DNA of 63,137 nt, filler included, from Folioceros fuciformis (lineage: Eukaryota): NCBI GenBank assembly GCA_049999805.1. It is 7 parts of 7 records of this genome, joined end to end, with 100 filler letters (N's around TTAATTAATTAA, not from the genome) between each part and the next. Parts side by side here need not be neighbours in the genome. Positions count along the whole stretch, not along the records: positions 20,810 to 52,714 come from JBNGIO010001223.1; positions 52,815 to 57,854 come from JBNGIO010001224.1; positions 57,955 to 60,558 come from JBNGIO010001229.1; 4 more parts are not named here. One strand, 5' to 3'. The notes under the pieces are model-generated. The model was not told the origin of the DNA and ran no database searches. It saw only the letters and a list, made by a program, of their open reading frames with translations. This document shows, piece by piece, positions 46,449 to 59,828 of the stretch; the first letter of the stretch is position 1; every line of letters starts with the position of its first letter. The position numbers were made by a program, and so were the translations under genes.

Positions 46449-48852
46449 TTAGTTCCTCTTGGACTTTCTGGACACAGCTACAGATTGACTTCTAGTGCCC
46501 ACCTTCTCTGTCACGGCTGCTTTCTGATGCCCAGTACCAATTGTCTTGGCTCTTGTAGCCCTGCCCCTTTTCAAGGACTCCTCTGAAGTGTCTTCCTTCT
46601 TTGAAAATCTTGATCGACCTTTTCTGATTTCTTCAGTCGGAGCAGCCGAGTCTTCCGCGTCTTCTTCCTGGTCATCATCATCGTTCTCATCTGAAGACTC
46701 CGTCTCTGCCTCCTTCTTCTTGGCTCTTCTTTTCTTCCCCCCTTTTGATTGAACTTTTTCTGAATTGTCCTCGCTCTCTAACTGATCATCGCCCTTTCGG
46801 AATGAAACTCTCTTGCGAGGAGGCTTCTCAACTTCTAATGGCCCAGTAAGCTTCTGCAACTCTGGCACATATGCTGATGTCTGCAAAAATTTGGCAGCAA
46901 GAGATAAACAGCACATCTCGTACAATCAAACTAAACCGAGTCAACCTAGATGGCAAGTGGACCTTACCCGACCACCAACTTTAATGAAGTCGATAGATTT
47001 ACCTGCAAAAGACACATGAACGGATGAGACGAAGATTTGCCACAGCAACCATAAAATCAACGCCATCAGTTTCTGGTTGGCTGCAATAATGTGCTCAGCT
47101 CCATTCAATGCCCGCTGTTTTGCAGCTTGACCCCAGTAATAACACCCAACGGTCCCTTGCCCTGGCAGCTTCCACGTCGTACTATTCACAAGTTGTGAAT
47201 GACAGACGGCCATGCCTTAGATCCTCACCAGAGGCCTTGGCTGCCTTCTTGTCCCGGATGTGGAAAATCCAGCTGTCAGGATACTGGCTGCTGTCTGCTC
47301 CAGCTCCAATAGCTATTTCAAGTACCTGGCACGCAAGGTGCAGGCTAACTGTCACACAATCCAGAAGAGAGCTGAACAATGGAGGACCTCACCATCGACA
47401 CTGCCGGGTTTCTTGCCCCAACGGTTATGGAATATCCAATTACAGGGAAACTGCGCACTATCAGCATTAACTTGTACCGCCAATTCCAAAACCTACACGA
47501 TCAGACTTCAAGCTACACGTGAGCAAGATCCGCACGCACAAGATTCATGGTCAAAGTAGGAAAGCCTTGAGCATTCCCTACCTTTCTAATGGAATGCCTG
47601 AGAGTGGAACTCTGTTCATTTGAAAGACTTGATGCAACCTGCTCTGGATGGATTTTGGCCTGCAACACAAACGCCACTTGAGCAATGAGGACAGTCTGGA
47701 ACATGCAATGAAGCGCCCTCGGCCTTCAATGCAAAGTGACGAGAGTGAACTACATTCGAATACGAGTACCTGATAGAGGGCTTCATCCGCCACCCAGTTG
47801 CCTATGCCGGACAGAAAGCTCTGCACGAACAAAGCATCATCACAGCATCGGAAGATAATTGGTAGTTGCAGTCCCAAGTGCTTTCCATTTCCAAGCAGCC
47901 ATTTACACGACAAGCTCTAGCCACCAACCTGGTCCAGCAGCAAAGCCTTAATAGAACCTTTCTTTGTTGTTAGCAACGTGAGAAATTCTTCCTCGCTAGG
48001 AAACTCCAAATATGCATCTGGACCCAGCTCTGAGATAGGAGGGGATGTTTTAGGCTGCACAGAAGACAGGGTGAAACGTACTCAATGCCTAGCATCACCA
48101 AACATGTCTCTTATAATGTTAGGTACTCCAAGAGCTCCTTTTCTCACGTCCTCAATGAGCCGAACTCGAGCAAAGCGTCGGGCATCAGAAAATGAGAACT
48201 CCTGTCCGTCCTCCAACTGCAGAACAAACAACAACCAGGTGACATAATGCCGCAGCACCATCAACATGGGGCCACTAGGAACACATTAAACTTCACTTGC
48301 GGTCATACCTCCGCAAGAACCTTGGATTACTTTGGAGGCCACTCATCATCGTCGGCAGTAGCAGCCCTGCTCCACATGGCCCGATTTGAAGGGGGGGGGA
48401 AAAATAGTCAAACTTCTTCCCAAGATCTCTAGGGCCGTCCTCAAACTCCAAGCGTACTGCATGTAAATAGTAAAGAAGACTACCTCTTGTACTTAACTGT
48501 CTGCTCTCCTTTGATGTGTACCGCCCCGGCCATACCTGCAAACGAAATTGGGTGGTTGGTGGAACTAAACAGTGCGAGGAATCGGAACGACATCAATGCG
48601 CCTTGCAACCTCACAGCACTTACCAAATTGAAACGTGGGCCAGGGCCGCTCATCAAGTTCAAGCCACATATTCTTGCCTTTGCGATTGACATTTTGAATT
48701 CTCTTTCCTGTAAGGCTTTGTTGAAGCTGCAAAGGCTCAACTCCGGTAATAACCTTAGAATCCTCGGCTACGACGACCCTCACAATTAATTTCCCCTTGG
48801 CATGCTCCTCCAGTGCACGACGAGCAGCCTCTACTTCTGGAAGCTCTGGCAT
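46449..48852 (-). CDS. FPG: Formamidopyrimidine-DNA glycosylase (plant FPG), multi-exon; in-frame TAA at 48329-48327 in this assembly
   Basis: [66 protein letters not shown] and VGGRTSAYVPELQK, plus a charged C-terminal tail. Confidence 0.9.
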
Positions 48853-49374
48853 TGATTACCTCAGCTAGAACAACGACAGGAACGTTTCCCTGACACACAC
48901 CAATACAAGTCCCCTCAAAAAAACAACTTGTAATTGCCTCATGCAGCTTGTACCCACACGGCCGACCTTCACAATAATCACCCCTTCACAAAGACCAATC
49001 AGCCAGCTCATAACGGGATGCAGCTTCAGCAGACAGACATTCCACTAGCTCAATCCAAACATCATCAGGCTCCAGGCTGTTGTCTCAATTCTCACAGCAA
49101 AGATCAAACGTCACCAAACCGCAGGTCGACGAGCTGGACTCAGAAGGACAACAGTAGGCCGACTACAGCGATATAGCGACGAAACTGGCGGGTAAACGAG
49201 AGAAACGGCTGACGTGCAGCAGGTATTCCTTTTCCACGTTGCTGACGCCGCCGACTTTCATTGTCAAGTTCGAGTTAGGTTTTACACTAGTGTGAACGGA
49301 ACACGGAGTAGAGGCTACGTGAAGGGTAAGGGCCAACGGAGGGCAGCGACTTTGCCAGGTGAACAGCAGCAGCG

Positions 49375-49910
49375 ATGGCGGGGGGCATGGATGTGCACAA
49401 AAACAGGTACATAGAGGAATGGGCCGCGTCCAGGGAGAACCTGGAGAAGACATTCCGCTTCTCGCGGCGCAATCTCGCCATTGTCTTCACCTTTGGGCTG
49501 TTGGTGCCCGTGGTGGTGCACCAGGCCATCAAGAAAGAATTCGTAAGTGTTACCCAACCCTTTCCTCCTCCCTGTCATATGAGGTGCGTGTGTGCCAGCC
49601 AATCCTTTCCTCCTCCTTGCTACATGGGGTGTGTGAGCGTCAGGCAACCCTGTCCTTTCTCCTGTTACATGACCCGCTGCATCCGATGCGTCTCTGCACT
49701 TGTAATTTAGGTTTAGCGGATGTGTGGAGAATGGGATGTTTTGCATGGCGAATGCCTACCTTTGCATTTTCAGGGTATGGTATTCAACAGGATTTCAGCT
49801 GAGTGGAGCAAGTGGGCAACAAGTCTGTCACACAGGTCAATTGTTGTGTGTTTTGTTTGCAGAGAATGCAGGACGAGTCAGGTGGGAAGCCTCTGCGCAA
49901 GTTTCTGTAA
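49375..49910 (+). CDS. NDUFB4: Mitochondrial complex I B15 subunit (plant NDUFB4), 2 exons
   Basis: Exons 49375-49542 and 49863-49910: MAGGMDVHKNRYIEEWAASRENLEKTFRFSRRNLAIVFTFGLLVP...EF|RMQDESGGKPLRKFL. Confidence 0.88.
49553..49675 (+). repeat. ~45-bp degenerate tandem repeat (x3) in the NDUFB4 intron
   Basis: caaccctttcctcctccctgtcatatg / caatcctttcctcctccttgctacatg / caaccctgtcctttctcctgttacatg. Confidence 0.6.
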
Positions 49911-50507
49911 ATCAGATTCGATTGTTCGTGTCAGCATGCCGTAGAGCATGTCTCTTGTCTGTGAGGAACAAGTTGGGGCTAGGTTGTTGAGACTTTGAAC
50001 GCAGCTCACCAGATCTAGAATCGTCAATTTGAGCATTTTGCCTCATCACGCCCTAGGACCAACTCATACACCGCAGGAAGTGCGTCCCGGCAGGAGCAGT
50101 ACGGTGAAGTTCGTTCTGTTGTTGCAACTGAGCAACAACGCAAACCTTCATTCAACGCAGGGATGTAGGACGTAATAGTGAGCTGGGAATTGACATTGGT
50201 CTATTATTCTGCTTGTAAAGTTTTCCGTGCGAAGACACCTGCCCCATAGAACTTGCTTTGTCAAACCCAATGAACAGCCCTAAGGCATCTGTAACTCCAG
50301 CCCATTTGCTGGAGAAGCACACGCTGCAGATTCTTGGGAAATAGCACTCCACCCTACACCACCCGACATCTTGTGGATCATTTGGTGCGATAGACGCACC
50401 TCTTACTTCGAATATCCAGCCCCCGGTAGTCATCCTTTTGAAAGTTTTTATTTAGTTGTACAAGAGCACTTCTAGAAAATTGTTCTTTATACTGTACAGT
50501 GCGTACC

Positions 50508-52361
50508 TCAACCAAGCCATTGCTCGGCAGAGCGCCCTCCACCTGATCCAACTGCCTTACGAATGCTAATTTTTTCTACAGCATACTTCGCCTGGAGCCT
50601 TTCAAAGGGCGTTATATCCGAGGCAACCTTCCCTTGCCTTCGACGCGTCTGCTGGTCACGGACAGATGACCACAGTCCCTCAACAATTGCTCTCTGAGAG
50701 GATGTGAATTTGACGATATTGTCGTTGGCGTACTTCACCGTGATGTCGATAATAGTTTGAGCCCTGAAAGGAGTGACTGGAGTCAGAATCTTTTGCAACA
50801 CAAAACAGAAAAAAAAAGAAGAAAGGAGTCCAGGTCTTACCACGGCAATTTATAACGGTCGGCAGCAAGCTTCAAGCAGCCTAGTAATGCTTCCCTGCGT
50901 TCTCCGAGTAGTCTTCCGGCATCCTCAGACGCCTTCCTTGCTGCAGCTTCTTCAACCTTCTTCCTCTTCAACCTTTCCTCTTTCTTGGAAACTTTTGGCA
51001 GAAAAGCATTCAGGCCGAATGGGTCAGCTTCTCCAATGGCCTCCTCTGGAACTAGTACATCACTGCAGGTTGGAGGTGCTTTCGTGTCAGGAACAGTGGT
51101 GACAACCAAGTCCTCCTCTGTTGCATCTGGGAGTGCATCAATAGCCTGCCTCAAACGTCCAGCTGCTTTCGAGAACTGCAACGTATCACATCTGTAACAT
51201 CAGAAGAGGCATGATTCCTTTGCAAAAAACACCACAGGCAAACACCCAACGAGCAGTCCGCTTTCAGGACCCAAATCTGCAAGAGCTATGTGGGTATGTC
51301 CATAACACATTTGCGAACAGAGAGGACTTCAAACTTACACACAAAGTTGGCCCCGAGCTGCCAATCCAGTGATGGAGCAAGTCAAGCAAGCCCTCACCAA
51401 ATGGACCATCCATGTAAGCCATGGCACCTTATAATTGTCGTTCAGTCCCATGCTGGACTAGGATGCATACAAGACTATCTGAGGTGTTAGAGATGCATTC
51501 CTGACCAGAGATACAAAACCAAACCCACCATCCAAGCCCCACCAACACAACGCACTGAGCTGGACCATGCAACAAGTCAACAAATACAAGTGCAGGGGAT
51601 AGGATTTTTACCACGAAAGAATCGTCTGTTTTCAAATCGTTGCCCACCTGTACCCAGATAAGCCACACGTCCACCTGGGCCTGTTGAGAAGCACTGAAGC
51701 ACTGAGACCATCCACGTCAAGTCAGAAAACGCACACCGAGGATGCGGTGCTCTGGACGAGCAAAAGGAACTGGCACCGGGCTAAAAAAGTTAAGTCCCTA
51801 AGCTCACCTCAAGCTGCTCTTCGACGGCTTCGAACAGAGCCAGGTAATCTGCCCGGGTAGAGGCCTCTGTTGCACGAGAGGGCGGGGCCATGGCCGCCTT
51901 CAAAATACCAAAAAAAGGCTCCGCTGACTCACTCGTGACGCTGCCTCCCTCCAGCAGCTGCACAGCTAGCTTAGAGGCCTTGTTGAACTTGGAAGCATTA
52001 CTGATATGCACGGCAATTTTTTGCATGGCACCTAAAACCTGCTCTGCGCTGGCGTCGACGGTGGTCCTGAATCGAACCCTTTTTTCACCTGCGATCACCA
52101 AGGTTCTCCATCCTCACTCCAGACACAGGACAACGAAACACCAACGAAGCGAAGAGGAAGACCTGGAAACCCACCTTCTGGCTCCACATCCTTAGCACCT
52201 CGTTTGCTCCCAGAACTTGCTAAGGCCGATTTCACCGCAGGAGCGGATTCGGAATGCGTCACATTGGGTAGAACGGCCGATGCGGGCTCCGAATGCTCTG
52301 CCGGCGTCTCCTGAGGACCCGACGGGGGCGGGAGGTCCGCAAACAGCGACGCCATCACCAT
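50508..52361 (-). CDS. Conserved uncharacterised plant protein (resembles Arabidopsis At3g04560, from memory), about 5 exons
   Basis: SLFADLPPPS, KRVRFRTTVDAS..QV..AMQKI..HI.NASKFNKASKLA, NDLKTDDSFVFSK, DPFGL, LWSSVRDQQTRRRQGK and EKISIRKAVG; GT-AG introns. Confidence 0.8.
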
Positions 52362-52714
52362 CGCTACCAGACTAGTTTGCTTCTTCACCCCAATCCCGAC
52401 CTACGTAACCGGTTCCCGTTACGGAACATGGTGTCCCAACTACATCCAGTAGCTGGTCACACAATCGTGGATAAACAGGAAGCCGAAACAAAACATTTAC
52501 CTTAATGAATTTCTGCATAAGACCAGCCTAAAAACACAAAACACTTACTGATGGAGGCGACAGCGCCAGTTCTTACCGTCGAACTTGCAAAAGGCCAAGC
52601 GACTTTTATTGCAGGAAATGTTATATAGAAACGAAAATTTCACGGAAATTTAAAATTTAATAATGTATATGCCCGAATAGGGCAACTGAAAATTGAATAC
52701 TATAAGTCCACCCT

Positions 52715-52814
52715 NNNNNNNNNNNNNNNNNNNNNNNNNNNNNNNNNNNNNNNNNNNNTTAATTAATTAANNNNNNNNNNNNNNNNNNNNNNNNNNNNNN
52801 NNNNNNNNNNNNNN
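52715..52814. other. Artificial contig linker
   Basis: N44-TTAATTAATTAA-N44. Confidence 0.97.
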
Positions 52815-55655
52815 ACCCCCTTGAGCTCCCTTGTATAGAGACTCTATTGTGAGAGTGTGACTTCTCTTTTCTCCTGTCCTCCTTGCCTCCTCCTCTCCTC
52901 CTTCACAATGTAGCTCCTCTAGCGATCCTACAAGTGGTATCAGAGCCAAGGTTGTGGAGCGAGATGCTCATGTCTGCAGGTGCTACGGACAAAGGTCCAT
53001 GAGGATGGACATCTAGAAGGAGCACGGGCCGGGGCGCCAAGCGGTGGCAGCAAGGGCGCCGGCCGCCGGCTTACGACGCCACTCGCTGGCTAGGGCTAGG
53101 GCGTTGCCCAGGCGCCAGCGACACGCCACCTAGGCGCCACCCAGGCGTCGGTGAGCCACCACTTGGGCGCCAGCGGGGCCCCAACGAGGTGCGAGCCGAA
53201 CGCGCCAACGGGGTGAGGACCTGGCCGACGAGCACCGGAAAGTGAACAAATCGCGGTCGCCGAGAGCGCAGACGCCAAGAGCAAGGGTGTGCGCGGCGAA
53301 TTGACCCCGCCCGTGGAAGTTAGGATCTCGATCGAACGACGGGCGACATTCAAGTTGTGAGCGACCAAGGCCCAAGTTGTGGACATCCGATTCAGAACAA
53401 GTTGTGAGGGTAACTTTTAGAATCTACATTACATTCCGACTGTTTTTTAACTAGCCTTTTGCTTCATTTGCATCGATTTTGAAACATGGCGTCCTCAAAA
53501 AACGTTATTTTCAATATGGAGAAGTTAGATGGTACTAACTTCTAGTTCTGGAACGAACAAGTGTATAATGTTCTAGTATAGAAGAAGCAGATCAAGCCGA
53601 TAAAGTTGCTAGGAGTGAAACCCGTTAGCATGACTCAAGATGAGTGGCGGGACCTAGATGAGCTTGCTAGGTCTACCATCATGCTAACATTGCCGAAGTC
53701 GGTCTACTTCAACGTAAAAGACAAGACCATAAGCTATGAGCTATGGTAGAAGTTGTGTGACCTGTACGAGAGGCAAAGTGAGGCTTCTCAAGTGTATTGG
53801 TTGAAACAGCTGGTGGACTTGAAGATGAAGGAAGGAATGAGGATGTCTGATCATCTGAATGAGTTCAATACCATTTTCAGCCAACTCTCATCTCAAGGTA
53901 TCTCGTTCCCAGATTCCATGAAAGCTATGTTTCTGCTGGTCACATTACCAGAGAGCTAGGACACCTTTCGTATAGCTCTGAATAATTCCGCTCTTGCCAG
54001 TGGTCTTACCCCTGTAAATGTAGAAGGTAGCCTGTTAACAGAGGAGGTGAACAGGTCTGGTTGGTCTGGTTGTGAGGAACAACATGGAACTTGTCCAAAT
54101 GGATGTTAAGTCAACATTTTTGCATGATGATCTCAAGGAAGAGGTATACATGCAGCAACCATAGGGTTTCATTGAGAGGGGCAAAGAGAATCTGGTGTGC
54201 AGGTTAAAGAAAAGCCTTTATGGTTTGAAGCAAGCACCCAGGGAGTGGTATTTCAAGTTCCACTCATTTATGCTTTCTCAAGGCTACAAACGTAGCGATG
54301 AGGATCATTGCCTCTATACGAAGCAAGCTAAGAATGGAAGCTTGCTCATTCTGGTCCTCTATGTGGATGATATGCTAATTGCTGGGACTAACAGTGATGA
54401 GATTACAGCGTTGAAGTCAAAGTTGAATGGTCGTTTTGACATGACAGACTTGGAAGAGGCAAACCATATTCTTGGCATGTGCATTCGTCGAGAAAGGCAG
54501 AAGCATTTGCTTTACTTGTCTCAGACTGAATACATTAACAAGGTGCTTCAACGTTTCAATATGGAGAAGGGGAAGGTATTGAGTACTCCGTTGCCTCCAT
54601 ATGTGAAACTATCAAGCAAGCATTGCCCAAGCTCTGCGAAGAACAAAGCTGAAATGGAGAAAATTCCATACTCATCACTTGTAGGGAGTTAGATGTATGC
54701 AATGATTGCTACATGTCCTGACATTGCTTTTGCAGTGGGAGTGGTCAGTAGGTTTATGTCAAACCCTGGTAAGAAGCATTGGGAGGCAGTGAAACGAGTT
54801 ATGAGGTACTTAAATGGTACGAAAGCTTTGTGCTTATGTTTTGGTAGTGAAGGTGCATCTGTCATGGAATATACGGATGTTGATTATGTAGGGGATATGG
54901 ACAAAAGGAGGTCCACATCAGGTTATGTCTTCATGTGCACTGGAGGGGCAGTCTCATGGCGATCTCGTTTGCAGTTGTGCATAACGCTATCTATCACAGA
55001 GGCCGACTATGTTGCAGCGACTGAGGCTTGCAAGGAAGACATGTGGCTTGCTCGTTTAGTGGGAGATTTGGGGATCAAGGTTGAGCTGCCAGTGTTGCAT
55101 TGTGATAGCCAAAGGGCTATCCAATTGGCGAAGAATCCAGTGTTTCATACGAAGACCAAACATGTGGAAGTGAAGTATCACTTCATTCGAGAGGTGTTGG
55201 AAGACAAGAGGGTACAACTTGTCAAAGTTCACACCAGTCAGAACCCCGCACATGTTCTTACCAAGGGGCTCTCTTCGGAGCAATTCGCACAAGCTCGGAC
55301 ACTCATGGGCATGAGGTAGACCACTCTCCTATGAAGGTAAATTGGCCTTTAAGGGGGAGGTTGTAGGGTTATTAAAGCCCAATGTGCGTAGACTAATGTG
55401 TTTACTCTAAGATTAGTGTCTAGTTAAGTACCATTAGTTTAGATTAGCTTAAGCTAATCTGTAGGAAGCTTCTTGCGCAGCTTCCTGTGTGCGCTTCTTG
55501 TGAAGCTTCCTAGGGAGCTCTTCCAAAGGGTATAAATACCCCCTTGAGCTCCCTTGTGTAGAGACTCTATTGTGAGAGTGTGACCTCTCCTTTCTCTTGT
55601 CCTCCTTGCCTCCTCCTCTCCTCCTTCACTATGTAGCTTCTCTAGCGATCCTATA
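52815..55655 (+). mobile_element. Internally deleted Ty1/Copia element: partial 5' LTR, PBS, gag fused to RT/RNase H, PPT, 3' LTR
   Basis: 5' LTR end 52815-52932; PBS TGGTATCAGAGCC 52935-52947; gag from 53486; RT QMDVKSTFLH, LKKSLYGLKQAPR, LYVDDML; RNase H to 55319; PPT AAGGGGGAGG 55351-55360; 3' LTR 55362-55655. Confidence 0.93.
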
Positions 55656-55978
55656 GTTTCCAATTCTAACTTAGCACAACTTTCGCTTGACGGTTGTTTA
55701 ACATCTTCTTCCTCTTTCTCAGAAAGTTTTAGAATAGGATTCTCTGACGAACAACATTCCTCGATAGAGTTAACTTATTCTGCAAAACTTTACAAATTGT
55801 AAAATTCAAGTACTCAAATGATCATTAAAACAAAACTTTTAGTACATTTCTTTTGAGCTCTTCTCTATGCTGCCACTCCTTCCTCTCTATCACTACTCTC
55901 TGATTTTGAACTAACTTTGACAACCACTGGCTCAGATGAAAATTTCTCTAAATTTAACCTCTTTGACCTCCTAACCAG

Positions 55979-57830
55979 TTAATCTCCTGTCACTACGCTC
56001 TCACCGACCTTCCATCTGGTGTAACCCCGATGATATGTTCTTCCTCTTCCGACATGATAACTAGAACTCTGCTTGGGCGGGTCTTTTTCGTGATAATCCT
56101 CCACTTTCCGAAGCTCGTCCATTATCTTTCTCTTGCTCCCCACTCCGCTTCTCGCCTGTGAAGTTTCTCTATCCTTGAGTTGCCGATATTGCCTGGTTAT
56201 GACCTCGTAAGCAACATCCAACTGCTTGCCCTACAGCGTACTAAAAATTGATATAGCTCCTCCTTCACAAAGTAACTCTGTTGAAACAATCTCCTCCAAC
56301 TGAAGTGGCTGCTTCACTTCCCTCGCCCGCAAGTCCTTTAAGATCCCCACAATCTTGCTCTTCTCCACCTCACGTAACACAATTTCTGTCTTGATACCCT
56401 CCACTTCCCGCTCAGTCTCCTCTCGCAACTGACGTATCTCTTCTCTGGACAGTTTGTGAGCATCCAGCAAGTTCCATGCAGGTTAGAACTATCTTTGCAC
56501 ACTGTCGTGCAACTCCTCCTCTTCCGCTGCAAAATCTACTCCATCCAGCTCTCTTGTCCGCATGCATGAGGTCTTCTACTTCTGTTTCTCGCCCTATTAA
56601 GTCTTGCTCAAAATCCTCTGGCGTTAACAGTTTCGTAACCGTTTTTGGCTCACTTCTCAACAGACTCCACTCGCTACTGTCTTCCTCCTAAGAAGATGAA
56701 TTGAAATTTAGCAACCGCTTGCTTCCTTGCTCGCAAAATACCGTTGCCACCTCCGCCCTTGAAACCTCAAACTGCTTCTTCAACTTCTCCTCTCTAGAAG
56801 CTACCGTTACACCCACAAATGAAACTATCTCCCAACCCTCAACATTCATAGGTGTTGGTGAAATTGCTATCACAAACAACATTGTCAACCCTTCTTTTGC
56901 CATCTGACGTGCCACTGGTAAATCCTCTACTACGCCTCTTGTCAGTGCCTGCAGCTCTGCTACGCCACACACCACCGGCAAGTCTGCGCCCGGCAACACT
57001 ACCTGCTCCAATACATCTTCCGCCACAGGCGAGCCGTCTTAAAATAGTACAACCCGCTACGCCAACTACGGACACCCTGATGCCTCGCCAACTACGGACA
57101 CCCTTCCCTCCAAAAGTAAAGTCTCCTCCAGCATCTTATCTTCTATCGACAAGCTTTCCTCAGACAACGCAATTGTCTCCGGCTTTTCAACCACCGCCAG
57201 CAAACTCACTCCATGTAGCGCAACCTGTCCCGACAACACCTTCGCCGTCGAAAAGACTGATCCCAGCAATTCGTCTCGCTCCGATGTCTCACACACCCCT
57301 GCCGAGCCCGCGCCTGGTACTTCGTCCTTTCTTTTTTCAGATGTTGCTATAGTGCCCACTGTCAAAGCTCTTGACATCACCTTCTTCCCCTCTGCCTAGA
57401 TAACCGTGGCTGCTACCTCCGCTCCCTTGGTCAACTCTTCACCCCCTACACTCTTGATCACCTCAGGACCTGAAACTATTGCATTGCTTGGTAACGGAGG
57501 CAACACGGGTGACCCACAAACGTTGGCCACAGCATCTCGTAGCCTCTCCAACTTAGGGCTGAGACCACCTCCTCTGAGCCTTTCCAATTCCGCAACCTAC
57601 TCTTGAAGCTGACACAAAAGCTGAGCTTTTGTCAACCTGCAAGCCAATGCGACTTGAGCGCGACCTTTTGTTAGTTCCTTTGCCCGCGCCCTAGAAGCCC
57701 CGACTCCTCCTATTGTTGCCTTCCTCTTGCCTGCCATGGTGACACCCAACACCACTCTGCTTCCTCCGCAAAGTTCTCCTTGCATATTGCTTCGCCACTT
57801 CATGCTCCATTTCTTTTAACTGCCCTTTCA
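55979..57830 (-). mobile_element. Degraded, probably transposon-associated coiled-coil ORF remnants
   Basis: A series of stop-broken E/K/R-rich ORF pieces on one strand beside a Copia LTR; no clear introns or known domain. Confidence 0.4.
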
Positions 57831-57854
57831 ATGCAAGAACTCGACTCATCTCTC

Positions 57855-57954
57855 NNNNNNNNNNNNNNNNNNNNNNNNNNNNNNNNNNNNNNNNNNNNTT
57901 AATTAATTAANNNNNNNNNNNNNNNNNNNNNNNNNNNNNNNNNNNNNNNNNNNN
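57855..57954. other. Artificial contig linker
   Basis: N44-TTAATTAATTAA-N44. Confidence 0.97.
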
Positions 57955-58191
57955 TGATCTCAGATTAGAAGAAGGCTGGAAGAAAAACTCTGAAGACCGA
58001 CAACCTCTACCCTTTGCCATTATAAATTCTCATGTAGGTGTTTTACGATTCATCCCTAATTAGGACATCTAAAATAAAACACCACACTCTTTGATCAAGG
58101 ACTAAACATAAAGTCTCACCAGCAACATCCCAGATGAGACTCATGCCAATAGCAATATGATCAAAGCATCTTCACAAAAAAAAAACCATGA

Positions 58192-58203
58192 GCTTTGATA
58201 CCA
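58192..58203 (-). mobile_element. tRNA-iMet-type PBS next to an LTR end (retrotransposon fragment)
   Basis: Minus strand GCTTCCGCTATTACAAACA-TGGTATCAAAGC. Confidence 0.6.
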
Positions 58204-58396
58204 TGTTTGTAATAGCGGAAGCTTATATATTGAATAATAATAAAACATTTGTGTATGTGTTTATATACTAGGTCAAGTCTAACCCTAAATAAAAATTAGA
58301 CTAACCTACCAAGTTAGGTTAAAACAATTCCACCTTAACAGGGCTATCCTTTGACCACCACCTACAAGTTTGGTAGGGGAGGGTTCCCCTTGTTCT

Positions 58397-59828
58397 TCAA
58401 CTTGAGGCTCCTTCCCTACGTAGGGTGGAATGTTCGTCATCATGTGGCCCAAGATACCTTCGCCTTGCCAATGCTGCCAGTTCCTTGTGATGAGCGAGTA
58501 GACGTTGGTGTAGGTGGAGGTTGCGATTCTGTTGAGCTAGATCTATGGTATCCATGTCAACAACCCAATCCCCACCCTCGCATCTACTCTTGTAGATATC
58601 CCGTTTAGCCTCCATCGCCCCTACCTTCAACTGTAGGTCAAGGTTTTCTTGATGAGTTGCATGAAGCTTGGTCATGCACCCCGTCAAGTAGGCATAGTCA
58701 GCACGAAACCTACGAGCTCGAACCACCAGCATCCTGTGAATCTTGGTCAAGTGCTCAGCTTCTTGTTGTGCATTCTCTTGCTGAAGGTCTTCTAATTGGA
58801 TGGTCAATTGTTCCCTCTCCACTCGCTCTCGTTGACCTGATCCACGTCGTTGCTGGAGTTCCTAGTTTGCTTTAGCATTCTGTGCCTCCAACTCATCTAG
58901 CTTGCCTTGTAAATCCTTTGCAACGTAGACTTGTTCCCGTAGCTGTTCCTCCACCACCTTCCTAGTTTCCTCAAACTAGGCGAGGTCCCTTCGACATGCA
59001 ATGATCTCATGTGATAAACCTTGTCGGGATGTTTGCAATGTGGTCACCTGCTAGGTCAACTTCTCCAGTCCTTGCCTTTGCTCACCATCCTTGAGGAGAT
59101 ACTGTTCTCGCTCCTTTTCCAATTCCTGCACTTTGGATTCTAGTCGTGCCTGGTTTGCATCCCGACTTATGTCCTCCTGTAGTAGGGTTGCAATCATTGC
59201 ACAAGCCTCCCCAATTGATCTGTTGTAGCTGTTGGCCACACTGAATGATGTTGCTCCACACTCCCAATGAAGTATCGTTACGTTGGCTTGTGGCATGTGC
59301 TCCTCGGGCTGCTTCCCAATTCACTGGGCTCCTTCTCCCCAAATCTGGTGCTCCACTGCGTGCTTGCACTACTAGTGTCATCGCCAAATCCCCTACCTGG
59401 TACCCTACCTCAACTATTGGCTGGCTTGGTCCAGGATCCCTCACTGTCTCCATCTCAGTTGGGGCGGAATTTAGGGCTGCGGGGGTGGTAACTGATGGTA
59501 GCCTTTGGTCCCTTTGCTGCTCCCTAGGTCTCCGTATCAATGGGGTGTCATCTTCATCGGACTCATCATAGGCTGCCATGGCTGATTCGGAATCAAGTGG
59601 GGACTCCTCATCCGTAAGAGGGGTTGACACTCCACCGGAAATAAAAGCCTCCCCCTGCAGCGGGACAACTACAAAAGGTTGTTCCGCCTCCTCCAACTCC
59701 TCTTGTGTTAACAACCCTTCTGTCTTCCATAAGTGCATCAAGTAAGTCGAGAGGTAGCAAGGACGTGCACTCCCCCCCTCCCTACCGTTCGGCTTGAGCA
59801 ACTTCTCCATGTGGTAGGTATACGCCTC
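58397..59828 (-). mobile_element. Degraded accessory ORF (acidic region plus coiled-coil), probably retroelement-borne; cut by an LTR at 59829
   Basis: Fragments CYLSTYLMHLWKTEGLL..., QARLESKVQELEKEREQ and EREQLTIQLEDLQQENAQ with stops and frameshifts. Confidence 0.45.

Noticed and set aside
48327-48329. Rescue of the FPG stop by U-to-C RNA editing
   Set aside because: Such editing is organellar and would give Gln (CAA), not the expected Tyr.
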